This document shows, in pieces, positions 21,101-28,888 of a stretch of DNA of 64,000 bases. The notes below the pieces were generated by a model that made no database searches, was not told where the DNA came from, and saw only the letters and a list, made by a program, of their open reading frames with translations. The DNA comes from Candidatus Parcubacteria bacterium. GTDB lineage: Bacteria > Patescibacteriota > Minisyncoccia > Phycocordibacterales > UBA2100. Numbering within the stretch: position 1 is the first letter of the stretch; each line of letters starts with the position of its first letter. The stretch is taken from contig QZJK01000001.1 of NCBI GenBank assembly GCA_003599295.1, positions 88 through 64,087 of the forward strand, given 5' to 3'. Both the position numbers and the translations under genes were made by a program.

Positions 21101-21275
21101 GAGTTTCTTCAAGATGATGGATTTTTCGGATGCGATAGAAGCCGTCGCATTCCCGCGCGTCTTTAAAGAATTCGAGAGTCTTCTGCGACAAGGCTCGTGC
21201 ATCGCCGTAAAAGGGCGCATTTCCAACCGGAACGGTGAAGCAAACTTCGTCGTCGAGAAAGCGAAAGCACTCTAG
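18120..21275 (+). CDS. dnaE: DNA polymerase III alpha subunit (probable start 18120)
   Basis: FVHLHTHSHYSLL PHP domain, RGSAAGSLV, FERFLNPER..PDIDMD, KFDFLGL, YGFNKSHA, C-terminal OB fold; TATACT at 18108-18113. Confidence 0.98.
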   Translation: MSARDFVHLHTHSHYSLLEALPKISELVAAAKAEGQTALALTDNGNLYGAIEFYKTAKKNGIKPIVGVDFFLAPRTRHDKEHATDEPKGRLVLLAKNETGYRNLIQLVSKSHLEGFYERPRVDRELLELHREGVLAILPSHAGEHAYALRHGDKDRAAQTFEWYKKLYGDDCFVEITRHPEIDGHDARMKSIEEAARAATLPLVAAHDVYYLKRDDALACDLVNKIRSGGVLDRDIEMEPRDFSFLTRTRIGELFEDLPEAVENAARIASMCELELELGAWVFPEFPLPAGHTADGELRALAEAGFGERNMPKTEVAKTRVDYELSIIEKKGYASYFLVVADLLRHAREEKILTNTRGSAAGSLVSYLTGITTVDPLEYNLPFERFLNPERPSPPDIDMDLADNRRDELIEYVRQKYGSEKVAQIGTFGTMMARAAVRDVARALGHSYGLGDIIAKLIPFGKQGFPVSIASSLDEVPELAQVYKSDASAREILDLAQKIEGNARHVGVHAAGVVISPTAVTDYVPIQFDPKGGKMITQYDMHAVESAGLLKFDFLGLTNLSVLADAVARVRERLNTEVELERLPLDDKKTYEMLARGETHGVFQLASGGMTNYLTELEPSSIHDINAMVALYRPGPMAFIPAYIERKKNPKLVKYIDPALEPILKHTYGVITYQDDVLEIAVKLAGYSWLEADTFRKAMGKKIPKEMEAQKEKFKAGCLANHVKPAVVQKLWEQIETFAAYGFNKSHAASYGNLAYKTAYMKANYPVDYMAALLTADAGDVDKVGETIRECKRMDIAILPPSVNESKGTFTALDDTTIRFGLYSIKNFGTGVADSIISARGEKPFSDIADFLSRVSDKNLNKKSLESLIQSGALDELGERGELLANIDLLLEYHREHVKSPNQDSLFGATAFAGHAAMTLKKAEPASLEQRLEWEKDLLGLYVSGHPLDKHKAKFADPKKSIKNAKERLRGVECVIAGFIESARVNTTKNGERMSFFKMMDFSDAIEAVAFPRVFKEFESLLRQGSCIAVKGRISNRNGEANFVVEKAKAL

Positions 21276-21344
21276 GGATTTCGATCGATCTGCGATATAA
21301 AGGGGCCTGACTTCCTTAAGGCCACCCAAACAAAGGGGGAATGC

Positions 21345-21716
21345 ATGCTCATTTCTGAACTCCGTGCTTCGGCGTCGCGGACCGCAAAGATGCTCGAGAT
21401 TCACGCGCGCAAACTGTGGAACGATAGTCTGCAGATTCAGATCGTTGATTTCATCGCGGGACTGAACCGGGCTATTGGCGACAAGGACGACAAAGAGAAG
21501 GAGAAGTTCTTCTTCGCCGCAATCCGGCACGAAAACTTGAAGCCCTATATTTCGAGGGACCCGTCTGCCCGCGATACGTGGAAAATCGTGGAAGACCTCT
21601 GTGAAGAGGTCACGCATATGGGGAACACCTTAACGAGAACACCGGATCGCTACAAGCTCACGATAGCGTTCTGCAAGGCCCTCAAGGAAACCTCTCACCC
21701 CATGCTCCGACGCTGA
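21345..21716 (+). CDS. Hypothetical protein
   Basis: 123-aa ORF filling the dnaE-thrS gap; SD-like AAAGGGGGA; followed by hairpin aacggcggcc/ggccgccgtt. Confidence 0.65.
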   Translation: MLISELRASASRTAKMLEIHARKLWNDSLQIQIVDFIAGLNRAIGDKDDKEKEKFFFAAIRHENLKPYISRDPSARDTWKIVEDLCEEVTHMGNTLTRTPDRYKLTIAFCKALKETSHPMLRR

Positions 21717-21811
21717 AAGATGTCCGGGTGATACAACGGCGGCCAAGCGGGCCGCCGTTCCGTTTTTATAAATTGCCCGCACGGGAGAAGAGAGCTATGA
21801 TGAGCCGCAAT

Positions 21812-23038
21812 ATGGCTGAAGAAGACTCAAAGAATCCAGACCACCGACGCCTTGGCCGCGAGTTGGATTTATTCGTGTTCTCCGACCTTGTCGGGAGCGG
21901 ACTCCCCCTTTGGACCCCTCGAGGCACTCTCGTACGCGACCTTCTCGACGACTTCGTGTGGCAATTGCGTAAAAAGCGCGGTTATCAAAAGGTGCAAATC
22001 CCCCACATCACCAAAAAAGAGCTCTACGAAACGAGCGGACACTGGGACAAGTTCAAAGATGACCTCTTTCGGATAACGACGCGCGAGGGGCACGATTTCG
22101 CGCTAAAGCCGATGAATTGCCCGCATCACATACAAATATTCGCGCGTCGCCCGCATTCCTATCGCGAAATGCCCCAGCGTTTTTGTGAGACGACGATGAT
22201 GTATCGCGATGAACAGTCAGGCGAGCTGAATGGCCTTTCGCGTGTACGCGCCATTACGATAGACGATGCTCACGTGTTCTGCCGAGAGTCACAAGTCAAA
22301 GAAGAGTTCCTAAAGGTGTGGGACATTATCGAGGAGTTTTATAACGCCTTCGGATTTTCGCTCCAAGTGCGTCTTTCGTTCCACGATCCAAAACAGCCTG
22401 AAAAATATCTCGGCGACAAAAAGTTGTGGAAATTCGCGGAGAGCATCTTGCGCGAGATAGCAGAAGAAAAGAAAGCAAACACGATAGACGGTATCGGCGA
22501 AGCCGCATTCTACGGGCCGAAACTCGACTTCATGGCGAAAGATTCACTCGGACGCGAGTGGCAGGTAGCGACCATCCAGCTCGATATGAACATGCCCGAG
22601 CGATTCGACCTCACGTGCATCAATGAAAAAGGCGAGCGCGAGCGAATTGTTATGGTCCACTATGCCGTTATGGGCTCCATCGAACGTTTTCTCTCCGTCA
22701 TTCTTGAGCACCTCGAAGGGCGTCTGCCCCTTTGGCTCGCACCAGTCCAGGCGAAAATACTCCCGATATCGGACAAGCACGCGTCATATGCTGAAGAGAT
22801 CGCACGTGTGCTGGGTGAAGCGGGGCTCCGCGTAGAAATCGACAGTTCGAATGAGACTCTCGGCAAAAAGATACGGAATGGGAAATCGGAGAAAATCCCC
22901 TACCTCCTCGTCGTTGGCGACGAAGAAGTCTCCGCAAAGACCGCCGCTGTCGAGAGTCGTGATAAAGGAAAGGTCGGAGCGCTTCCGCTTCCTGATGTGC
23001 TCGCACGACTGCAAGAAGAAATCCGCTCGCGCGCATAA
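21812..23038 (+). CDS. thrS: Threonine--tRNA ligase lacking the N-terminal TGS/editing domains
   Basis: DHRRLGRELDLF, TSGHW, LKPMNCPHH, YRDEQSGELNGLSRVR, AFYGPKLD, WQVATIQLD, GSIERF, PLWLAPVQ. Confidence 0.96.
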   Translation: MAEEDSKNPDHRRLGRELDLFVFSDLVGSGLPLWTPRGTLVRDLLDDFVWQLRKKRGYQKVQIPHITKKELYETSGHWDKFKDDLFRITTREGHDFALKPMNCPHHIQIFARRPHSYREMPQRFCETTMMYRDEQSGELNGLSRVRAITIDDAHVFCRESQVKEEFLKVWDIIEEFYNAFGFSLQVRLSFHDPKQPEKYLGDKKLWKFAESILREIAEEKKANTIDGIGEAAFYGPKLDFMAKDSLGREWQVATIQLDMNMPERFDLTCINEKGERERIVMVHYAVMGSIERFLSVILEHLEGRLPLWLAPVQAKILPISDKHASYAEEIARVLGEAGLRVEIDSSNETLGKKIRNGKSEKIPYLLVVGDEEVSAKTAAVESRDKGKVGALPLPDVLARLQEEIRSRA

Positions 23039-23083
23039 CGAAAACCGCCCGTCACACTCGCAAGTGTGTCGGGCGGATTTTCG
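23039..23083. terminator. Bidirectional terminator between converging thrS and 23119..24891
   Basis: cgaaaaccgcccg-tcacact-cgca-agtgtgt-cgggcggattttcg. Confidence 0.75.
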
Positions 23084-23118
23084 TTGCTTCTACTTTGGAA
23101 CCCTTGCGGGCAGCGGCT

Positions 23119-24891
23119 TTAACTTCTTGCAATAACGATCCGAGGCGCTTTGCCGTTTTCGGAGCGAATGAACGTCATTGCATCCTTCGTGAGAGAACCC
23201 AGTGCGAGTTTCGTCGAAGAAGGCACGCGAAGCGGGATAGAAGCAGCAACTGATTTCGCGAACTGCATCGGTGCTTCCATGACCGGCGCGGGAACGCGGG
23301 CTTTGATGCCAGCGAACATCGGCAGGTAGTAGACTGCGAGATACGAGGCCGCAAGAGCGAACGCGAGGATCGAGAAGTAATAGGCCATTGTTCCAACGGT
23401 GCCGAGATCAAGGCCTGTGTATGGGATCTGTGTCAACGTTATCTGCGGAGGATATACCGGAGGCGGAGGGATGACCTGGGTTTGCGTCTGGCAGGTCGCG
23501 CTTTGGCCCTGCGCGTTGTACACGGTCATCGTGTACATCACGTAGCCGTCCGTGTACACCGTGCGAGAACCGGAAGTTGGGACAGAACCGATCAGGGGCG
23601 AAATGTATGCACTCGTCGCGTTGTTCGAGCCCCACGTGAGAGTCGCTTGCTGATTGTAGTTGTACGAGCCGTACCCATACTGCGGCGTGAGCGTTATCCA
23701 GCAGCTCGGCGGATTTTGGAATGGAATGGTGCTTACGGTGACAGTTGTTTGACACTGCGCGCTTTGACCCTGTGCATTGTAGACGGTCAGCGTGTATGTC
23801 GTTGTGTGCAACGGATACACAGTTTGGTTCCCATTCACGCCCACGTTGCCGAAATTCGTAAGGGTTGCGGACACCGCGTTCGAAGACGACCAGGTGAGGT
23901 ACGAAGAGCCGCCTGTTTGAATAGAAGACGGATTTGCGGAAATCGTGCACGAGGGCGTTTGCGCCTGTTGGACCGTAATCGTGGTCTGGCAGTTCGCGGT
24001 GCCGCCGGGGCCGGTCACGGTAAGTGTGAACGTCGTGTTCGAGGTGAGGTTGTGTTCCGCGTGCGAATCGTTGAGGGCGACAGTGCCGTGGCCCGAGAGC
24101 GACGCAGAGGTCGCGTTGCTGGAGCTCCATGTGAGTGTGGAGGAACCACCGTGCTGCACGTTGTTCGGATTCGCAGAAATAGTGCACAACGGAGCATTCG
24201 GAACCTCCTGAACGGTGACGAACGTCTGGCAGTTCGCGGTGCCGCCGGGGCCAGTTACCGTCATCGTGTACGTGGTCGTTACCGACGGCGAGACGGACGT
24301 CGAACCTGAAAGCGCGACATTACCGATGCCTTGATTGATGGTTGCCGACGTGGCGTTGGTCGAACTCCACGTGAGCGTAGATGAGCCGCCGTGCTGGATC
24401 ACGTTGGGATTTGCAGAAATGTTACACGCGGGAACAGGATTCTCCACAACGACGGTCGTCTTGCAAGTTGCCGTGCCGCCGGAACCCTTCACGGTGAGAG
24501 TGTAGGTCGTGGTAAGTGTCGGAACTACGGTAAAGGTGCCGCTTGTGCCGACAGAGCCGATGCTCGAGAGTGTCGCGGATGAAGCGTTCTTCGACGTCCA
24601 TGTCAGCACGGAGAAATCACCGGACTGAATTTTATCCGGATTTGCGGAAATATCGCACGACGGTTTCGGCTTCTTTTTTTCGCGGTCATTGTCGCGGTCG
24701 TTATCGCGACCACCTCCGCCGCCGCAACAACCACCGGAAGAACCGTCGCTCCATGCCGACGCAACTGAAGCAACAGAAACGCCGCCCTCATTTGAGAACG
24801 TCATTGAGAATGCAACGGTGCCCAGTGCAATCACGAAAACGGTCGTTGCGACCGACACTATCACTTTTCCAGAAACCGATTTGAAATTCAT
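23119..24891 (-). CDS. Secreted surface protein with five Cys-paired Ig/PKD-like repeats and a C-terminal IPYTG sorting signal
   Basis: N-terminal signal/TM; PxCxISANP...LTWSS.NA...TTYTLTV...C repeats; LTQIPYTGLDLG + TM + tail ending APRIVIARS. Confidence 0.88.
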   Translation of the reverse strand: MNFKSVSGKVIVSVATTVFVIALGTVAFSMTFSNEGGVSVASVASAWSDGSSGGCCGGGGGRDNDRDNDREKKKPKPSCDISANPDKIQSGDFSVLTWTSKNASSATLSSIGSVGTSGTFTVVPTLTTTYTLTVKGSGGTATCKTTVVVENPVPACNISANPNVIQHGGSSTLTWSSTNATSATINQGIGNVALSGSTSVSPSVTTTYTMTVTGPGGTANCQTFVTVQEVPNAPLCTISANPNNVQHGGSSTLTWSSSNATSASLSGHGTVALNDSHAEHNLTSNTTFTLTVTGPGGTANCQTTITVQQAQTPSCTISANPSSIQTGGSSYLTWSSSNAVSATLTNFGNVGVNGNQTVYPLHTTTYTLTVYNAQGQSAQCQTTVTVSTIPFQNPPSCWITLTPQYGYGSYNYNQQATLTWGSNNATSAYISPLIGSVPTSGSRTVYTDGYVMYTMTVYNAQGQSATCQTQTQVIPPPPVYPPQITLTQIPYTGLDLGTVGTMAYYFSILAFALAASYLAVYYLPMFAGIKARVPAPVMEAPMQFAKSVAASIPLRVPSSTKLALGSLTKDAMTFIRSENGKAPRIVIARS

Positions 24892-24980
24892 ACGAAATAA
24901 TTATGTTTTTGCTAATAACGATTAATAATTTTGGTAAGCAATGTTGGGAGGGGCGCATGGCGCCCGCTCCCAGAACCGGT

Positions 24981-25250
24981 CTACACGCAGGGATTCGCCC
25001 TGTACGTGTGGCCGGGGCGCAGCCAGCAGTGCCCGTTGAAGTAGAGGCGGTAGCCTTGTGCCTTGAGAGAGGCACGAAGCGCCCTCACCTCCGGCTTGTT
25101 GCGCTGCTCGTACTTGAGGACGAGGCATCCCATGTGGGGGACGTGCTCGTGCAAACGCCCCTTGGTGTAGTGGGCCTCGGCGGTACCGGCGACCGCGGCG
25201 AAGATGGTAGCGACACCGATGAGGACGGCACCCGTGAGAAGCTTGCGCAT
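24981..25250 (-). CDS. Small secreted basic, His/Cys-containing protein
   Basis: SD GGAAAGGA; MRKLLTGAVLIGVATIFAAVAGTAEA signal peptide (AxA site); has its own promoter. Confidence 0.7.
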   Translation of the reverse strand: MRKLLTGAVLIGVATIFAAVAGTAEAHYTKGRLHEHVPHMGCLVLKYEQRNKPEVRALRASLKAQGYRLYFNGHCWLRPGHTYRANPCV

Positions 25251-25344
25251 CTGAATTCCTTTCCTGTGAGTGATGGATCTGCTCCGGAATCCTTGCGGAT
25301 CCCGGAAACGAACGAGCACGCAGTTACGCGTGCTACTGTCGAGT

Positions 25345-25373
25345 ACAGTACCTGATAATCAATGCCCTGTCAA
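25345..25373 (-). promoter_or_regulatory. Sigma-70 promoter for 24981..25250
   Basis: TTGACA-N17-TACTGT on the minus strand. Confidence 0.55.
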
Positions 25374-25409
25374 TAGCAAAAGATGGCTCTGTAGAGCCAT
25401 TTTTTGCTA
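25374..25409 (-). terminator. Terminator after 25427..26572
   Basis: tagcaaaagatggctct-gt-agagccattttttgcta, 17-bp arms with 1 mismatch. Confidence 0.65.
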
Positions 25410-25426
25410 CCACGATTTGACAGTGA

Positions 25427-26572
25427 CTAATTTCGATTGTCTGAATTTTGCGACTCAGAGCGGAAAATCGCCGGCACTTCTACGCTGTTTTCCGTCTTCG
25501 CGAAGACTTCCGAAGAAGTCATCGGTGCACGAGAAGGTGCACGGAACGACAAACGGCTCGGAAAGTAGTAGACGACCATATAACCCGCACCGAGCGCAAA
25601 GAGTGCGATAGCGAACCAGTACAGCGTATTCCCTACCGTCCCGAAATCGAATCCTGTGTACGGAATCTGGTCGAGCGAGACGTTGGTCGAAGGCACCGGA
25701 GGAGGATACGTTGGGTACGTCGGGCCCGGATAGTACGATGTGCCGGTGACTGAAACATATGCGCTGCATGTCTGCGTGCGGCCTTGATTGTCATTCACGG
25801 TCAACGTGTAGTTGCGTGAGCTCTGCGGATAGACGGTGCGCGAGCCGCTCAAAGAAACGCTTCCGATGCCATCAGAGAGCCAAGCGCTCGTCGCTCCGGA
25901 GGATGTCCATGTGAGGTTAGTCGTTCCGCCCGGCGGAACCGTTTGCGGATTCGCCGTGACGGTGCAGTAAAGATTGCCCGGCTGGTAGTACGAAGATGTC
26001 TGACAGGTCGCCGACTGGCCCTGCGAATTGTAGACCGTCATCGTGTAGATCTGATTTTGCGTCGGGTATACGGTTTGCGAGCCGGACGTCGCGGCGGAAC
26101 CGATCGAAGAAATATTAGCGGAATTTGCATTCGTCGAGTCCCACGAAAGTGTCGCTGGCTGATTGTATTGGTACTGGCCGCTGTACTGCGGCGCAAGCGT
26201 TATCCAACAACTCGGCGCGCCACTCGTACCGGTAACAGTAACGGTCGTCTGACACTGACCACTCTGCCCTTCTGTGTTGTAGACAGTAAGAACGTATGTG
26301 TTCGTCGAGGAAGGATAGAATGTCTGCGAACCGGAGAGCGCGACCGAACCGACATTCGTGAGATTGGCCGAACTGGCGTTCGTCGAATTCCACGACACCA
26401 CGACCGGCGTATAGCTGGTTCCCGAGTAAGCAATGTTCGACGGATTTGCACTAATGGTGCACGTTGGCGCGACCTGCGCAGATGCAAATGAGATAGAGAG
26501 AGCGAATATCGCGATGCTTGCGAGGACGCTAATCGCAATGATACGTACTCTGTCGGATGCGTGTGTATTCAT
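25427..26572 (-). CDS. Secreted surface protein with three Cys-paired Ig-like repeats and an IPYTG sorting signal
   Basis: Signal peptide ending FASA-Q; same repeat type as 23119..24891; VSLDQIPYTGFDFG + TM. Confidence 0.88.
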   Translation of the reverse strand: MNTHASDRVRIIAISVLASIAIFALSISFASAQVAPTCTISANPSNIAYSGTSYTPVVVSWNSTNASSANLTNVGSVALSGSQTFYPSSTNTYVLTVYNTEGQSGQCQTTVTVTGTSGAPSCWITLAPQYSGQYQYNQPATLSWDSTNANSANISSIGSAATSGSQTVYPTQNQIYTMTVYNSQGQSATCQTSSYYQPGNLYCTVTANPQTVPPGGTTNLTWTSSGATSAWLSDGIGSVSLSGSRTVYPQSSRNYTLTVNDNQGRTQTCSAYVSVTGTSYYPGPTYPTYPPPVPSTNVSLDQIPYTGFDFGTVGNTLYWFAIALFALGAGYMVVYYFPSRLSFRAPSRAPMTSSEVFAKTENSVEVPAIFRSESQNSDNRN

Positions 26573-26628
26573 ACTGAGTGCTCTGTTACGTGGTAATAGG
26601 TTCAACCCTTTTGAGGCGTGCTATTGGG

Positions 26629-26657
26629 ACCATACGGGATTTTGAGAGTACTGTCAA
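26629..26657 (-). promoter_or_regulatory. Sigma-70 promoter for 25427..26572
   Basis: TTGACA-N17-TATGGT on the minus strand. Confidence 0.55.
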
Positions 26658-26660
26658 CAA

Positions 26661-26694
26661 TAACGAAATCGCCCTTTTCGGGCGATTTTCGTTA
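26661..26694 (-). terminator. Terminator after 26711..27877
   Basis: taacgaaatcgccc-ttttc-gggcgattttcgtta. Confidence 0.7.
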
Positions 26695-26710
26695 GTTCAG
26701 AAAGCGAGAT

Positions 26711-27877
26711 TTAGCTGCGTGTTATGACGATGCGCGGTGCTTCCCCGTTCAAAGAACGCGCGAGCGTCATTGAGTCCGAAAGCATTGAGCCGGTCTTTGC
26801 GCGAAAGTCCTTCGCCGGCTTCGCAACAATAGTTGAAGCCGCGGAACGAGCGAATTGAATCGGTGCTTCCATCACACGCGTCGGAACCATCTGCTTCACG
26901 CGGAAGAGCGCGGGAATGTAGTAGACGGCAAGGTAGGCCATGGCGACGGCGAAGAGTGTGATACCAAGCCAGTAGAATGTGTTCCCTATCGGACCCCCGT
27001 CAAAGCCTGTGTACGGTATCTGGTTCAGCGACACGTACGGAGCCGAGTACGAGGGATAGTAATTCGGGTACGTGGGCGGATAGTAATAGTACGAAGGAGG
27101 AAGGACTGCGGTCGCAGTGTACTGCGGCGTCGCCGTGTACACAGGCGCGGGATTGTTCGTGATGTTCGTGTACGTGTTGAAGCTGTCGTTGATGCTGTAG
27201 TCGTAGGTGTTGTAGCTTCCTGAAATGCTATTGTCGATGGTCGTGTTCGATATCGGCTGCGAGGTGCCGACGGGATAGCTCGTGAAGAGCGGGGCTGTGT
27301 ACGTCGAAGACATAGAGTGTCCGACAGGTGCCGTGTAGTAAGACGGGGCCGCAATTCTAACCGGTGCCGCTACGCCGACGGGCTTAGAAACAGCTATGGG
27401 CGCAGAGTAGAGCGAGGGCGCTGTGTACGTCGGCACGTACGAATACCCGACATCATAGACGTCATACGCAGTGGCAGTGTAGTAATCCGTGTAGCCGAGG
27501 TAATCAGAGTTGCTACCGTAATACCCGAGCGTATCCGCGTAGTAACCAAGAGTATCCGAATAATTGTAGTACCCCAGCGTATCAGCACCGTAATAACCGA
27601 GCGAATCACTGAACGAATCCCAACCAGAACCGCCGTAGTATCCAAGTGTATCGCTGCCAGACCAATCGAAGTATCCAATTGAATCAGACGAGCCACTGAA
27701 AGAGCCGAGTGTATCCCACGAACCTCCGAAATATCCCAACGTGTCTGAACTACCTCCGTAGTACCCGAGAGTGTCCGCACGAACCGTGGATACAGGCAGG
27801 AGCAAGGTAGCAACAAAAATCGCAACGAAAACGCCCACGACAGTAAGTGTGAGATCGCCAGTGATTGTGTTTTTCAT
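26711..27877 (-). CDS. Secreted Tyr/Gly/Ser/Asp-rich repeat protein with an IPYTG sorting signal
   Basis: Signal peptide ending VRA-D; about 10 DTLGYYG-like repeats; VSLNQIPYTGFDGG + TM + tail ending APRIVITRS. Confidence 0.88.
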   Translation of the reverse strand: MKNTITGDLTLTVVGVFVAIFVATLLLPVSTVRADTLGYYGGSSDTLGYFGGSWDTLGSFSGSSDSIGYFDWSGSDTLGYYGGSGWDSFSDSLGYYGADTLGYYNYSDTLGYYADTLGYYGSNSDYLGYTDYYTATAYDVYDVGYSYVPTYTAPSLYSAPIAVSKPVGVAAPVRIAAPSYYTAPVGHSMSSTYTAPLFTSYPVGTSQPISNTTIDNSISGSYNTYDYSINDSFNTYTNITNNPAPVYTATPQYTATAVLPPSYYYYPPTYPNYYPSYSAPYVSLNQIPYTGFDGGPIGNTFYWLGITLFAVAMAYLAVYYIPALFRVKQMVPTRVMEAPIQFARSAASTIVAKPAKDFRAKTGSMLSDSMTLARSLNGEAPRIVITRS

Positions 27878-27889
27878 AGATAAGTTTTA

Positions 27890-27917
27890 ATTATACAAGA
27901 TAAAAATATATTGTCAA
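27890..27917 (-). promoter_or_regulatory. Consensus sigma-70 promoter for 26711..27877
   Basis: TTGACA-N16-TATAAT, 12 nt before the ATG, in an AT-rich context. Confidence 0.75.
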
Positions 27918-27995
27918 TATTTTGTACGCTTTGATTTTTAGTTTAGAGAGCGTGGCCACCCCGAAGATACAGGGCGGCCACGCGTAGTGTCGATC

Positions 27996-28691
27996 TCAGG
28001 TGCTGTATGACCTCTTGAGGCACGCGACGGCATCGTCGAGTTTGCCGCCCGCCTCAAGCCGTGCACGGACTCCCGGACCGAGGTCGATTCGGTTACCAGA
28101 GGAGTCGGTCACGGACCAGAAGTCGGTTCCCTCCCTGAGCCCGAGAGACACGAGACATGCGCTGACCCGCGGATACGTCGCATCGCCTCTCGGAACCGAT
28201 GGAGGAGCCGGCAGCGCGACATAGGGTGCCGTCGGCAGAGTCGGGGGAACCACGTACACCACCGGCGGTGGTGCAGGTGGGGTCACGACGGTCGGCGGAA
28301 GCGGCGGGGCAACCGCGTGCTGCTTCGTCGTTTCGTCGTCGTTGCCAAATCCAGCAGTAGCATTCGCATTCGCATTCGCGACTGCCCTGTCCCTTTCCGC
28401 CTGCACCTTCGCGATTTGGACACGCGAAGTTTGGCAGACGGCGTCGCAGTTGAATGTCCCGCCGTTGTAGAGGAAGGCGATACCGCCCGCCGCGAACAAC
28501 AGAACGAGAACAAAGGCGATGACGCCTCCGACCGACCACGATGAATCGTGAACAGCGCTAGTCCGCCGCCGAGAACGATCGCCGAATACTGGTTCTTCCC
28601 CTTCGTAGGTGTGGGTGTGAACCCACTCGACGGGCTGACGCACACGGCGTGCAGTAATCGGGCCAGTTTCGGCCGCTGATGTATCAGTCAT
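27996..28691 (-). CDS. Hypothetical single-pass membrane protein with a Pro-rich linker
   Basis: SD AAGGGAG; TM VIAFVLVLLFAAGGIAFLY; CDAVC; PPLPP linker; C-terminal domain with 2 Cys. Confidence 0.75.
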   Translation of the reverse strand: MTDTSAAETGPITARRVRQPVEWVHTHTYEGEEPVFGDRSRRRTSAVHDSSWSVGGVIAFVLVLLFAAGGIAFLYNGGTFNCDAVCQTSRVQIAKVQAERDRAVANANANATAGFGNDDETTKQHAVAPPLPPTVVTPPAPPPVVYVVPPTLPTAPYVALPAPPSVPRGDATYPRVSACLVSLGLREGTDFWSVTDSSGNRIDLGPGVRARLEAGGKLDDAVACLKRSYST

Positions 28692-28772
28692 GGCAATTCT
28701 CCCTTGGATTTGCCGTTGAAGACAAGGAACACGCCCCACCGGGAGCGTATCCCTGGTGAGAACTTAATGTTA

Positions 28773-28800
28773 ATTATATCACTCAAAGACGAATTGTCAA
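28773..28800 (-). promoter_or_regulatory. Consensus sigma-70 promoter
   Basis: TTGACA-N16-TATAAT with TG extended -10. Confidence 0.75.
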
Positions 28801-28826
28801 TGTATAAAAATGGCTCAAAACAAGGA

Positions 28827-28865
28827 CAAAAAAACAACGGCGGAGAGAACTGGTCTCCCCGCCGC
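28827..28865 (-). terminator. Terminator after 28889..29662
   Basis: cggcggagaga-actgg-tctccccgccg hairpin with an A-run on + (U-run on -). Confidence 0.65.
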
Positions 28866-28888
28866 CTTAGATTTCTGTTGCGCAGTCC

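Noticed and set aside
18120-21275. Inteins or introns in dnaE, gyrB or rpoBC
   Set aside because: Lengths are normal or short and no splicing or homing-endonuclease motifs are visible.
27480-27780. DTLGYYG repeats as a CRISPR array or DNA tandem repeat
   Set aside because: Conservation is at the protein level with varied synonymous codons; the units are short and of variable length.
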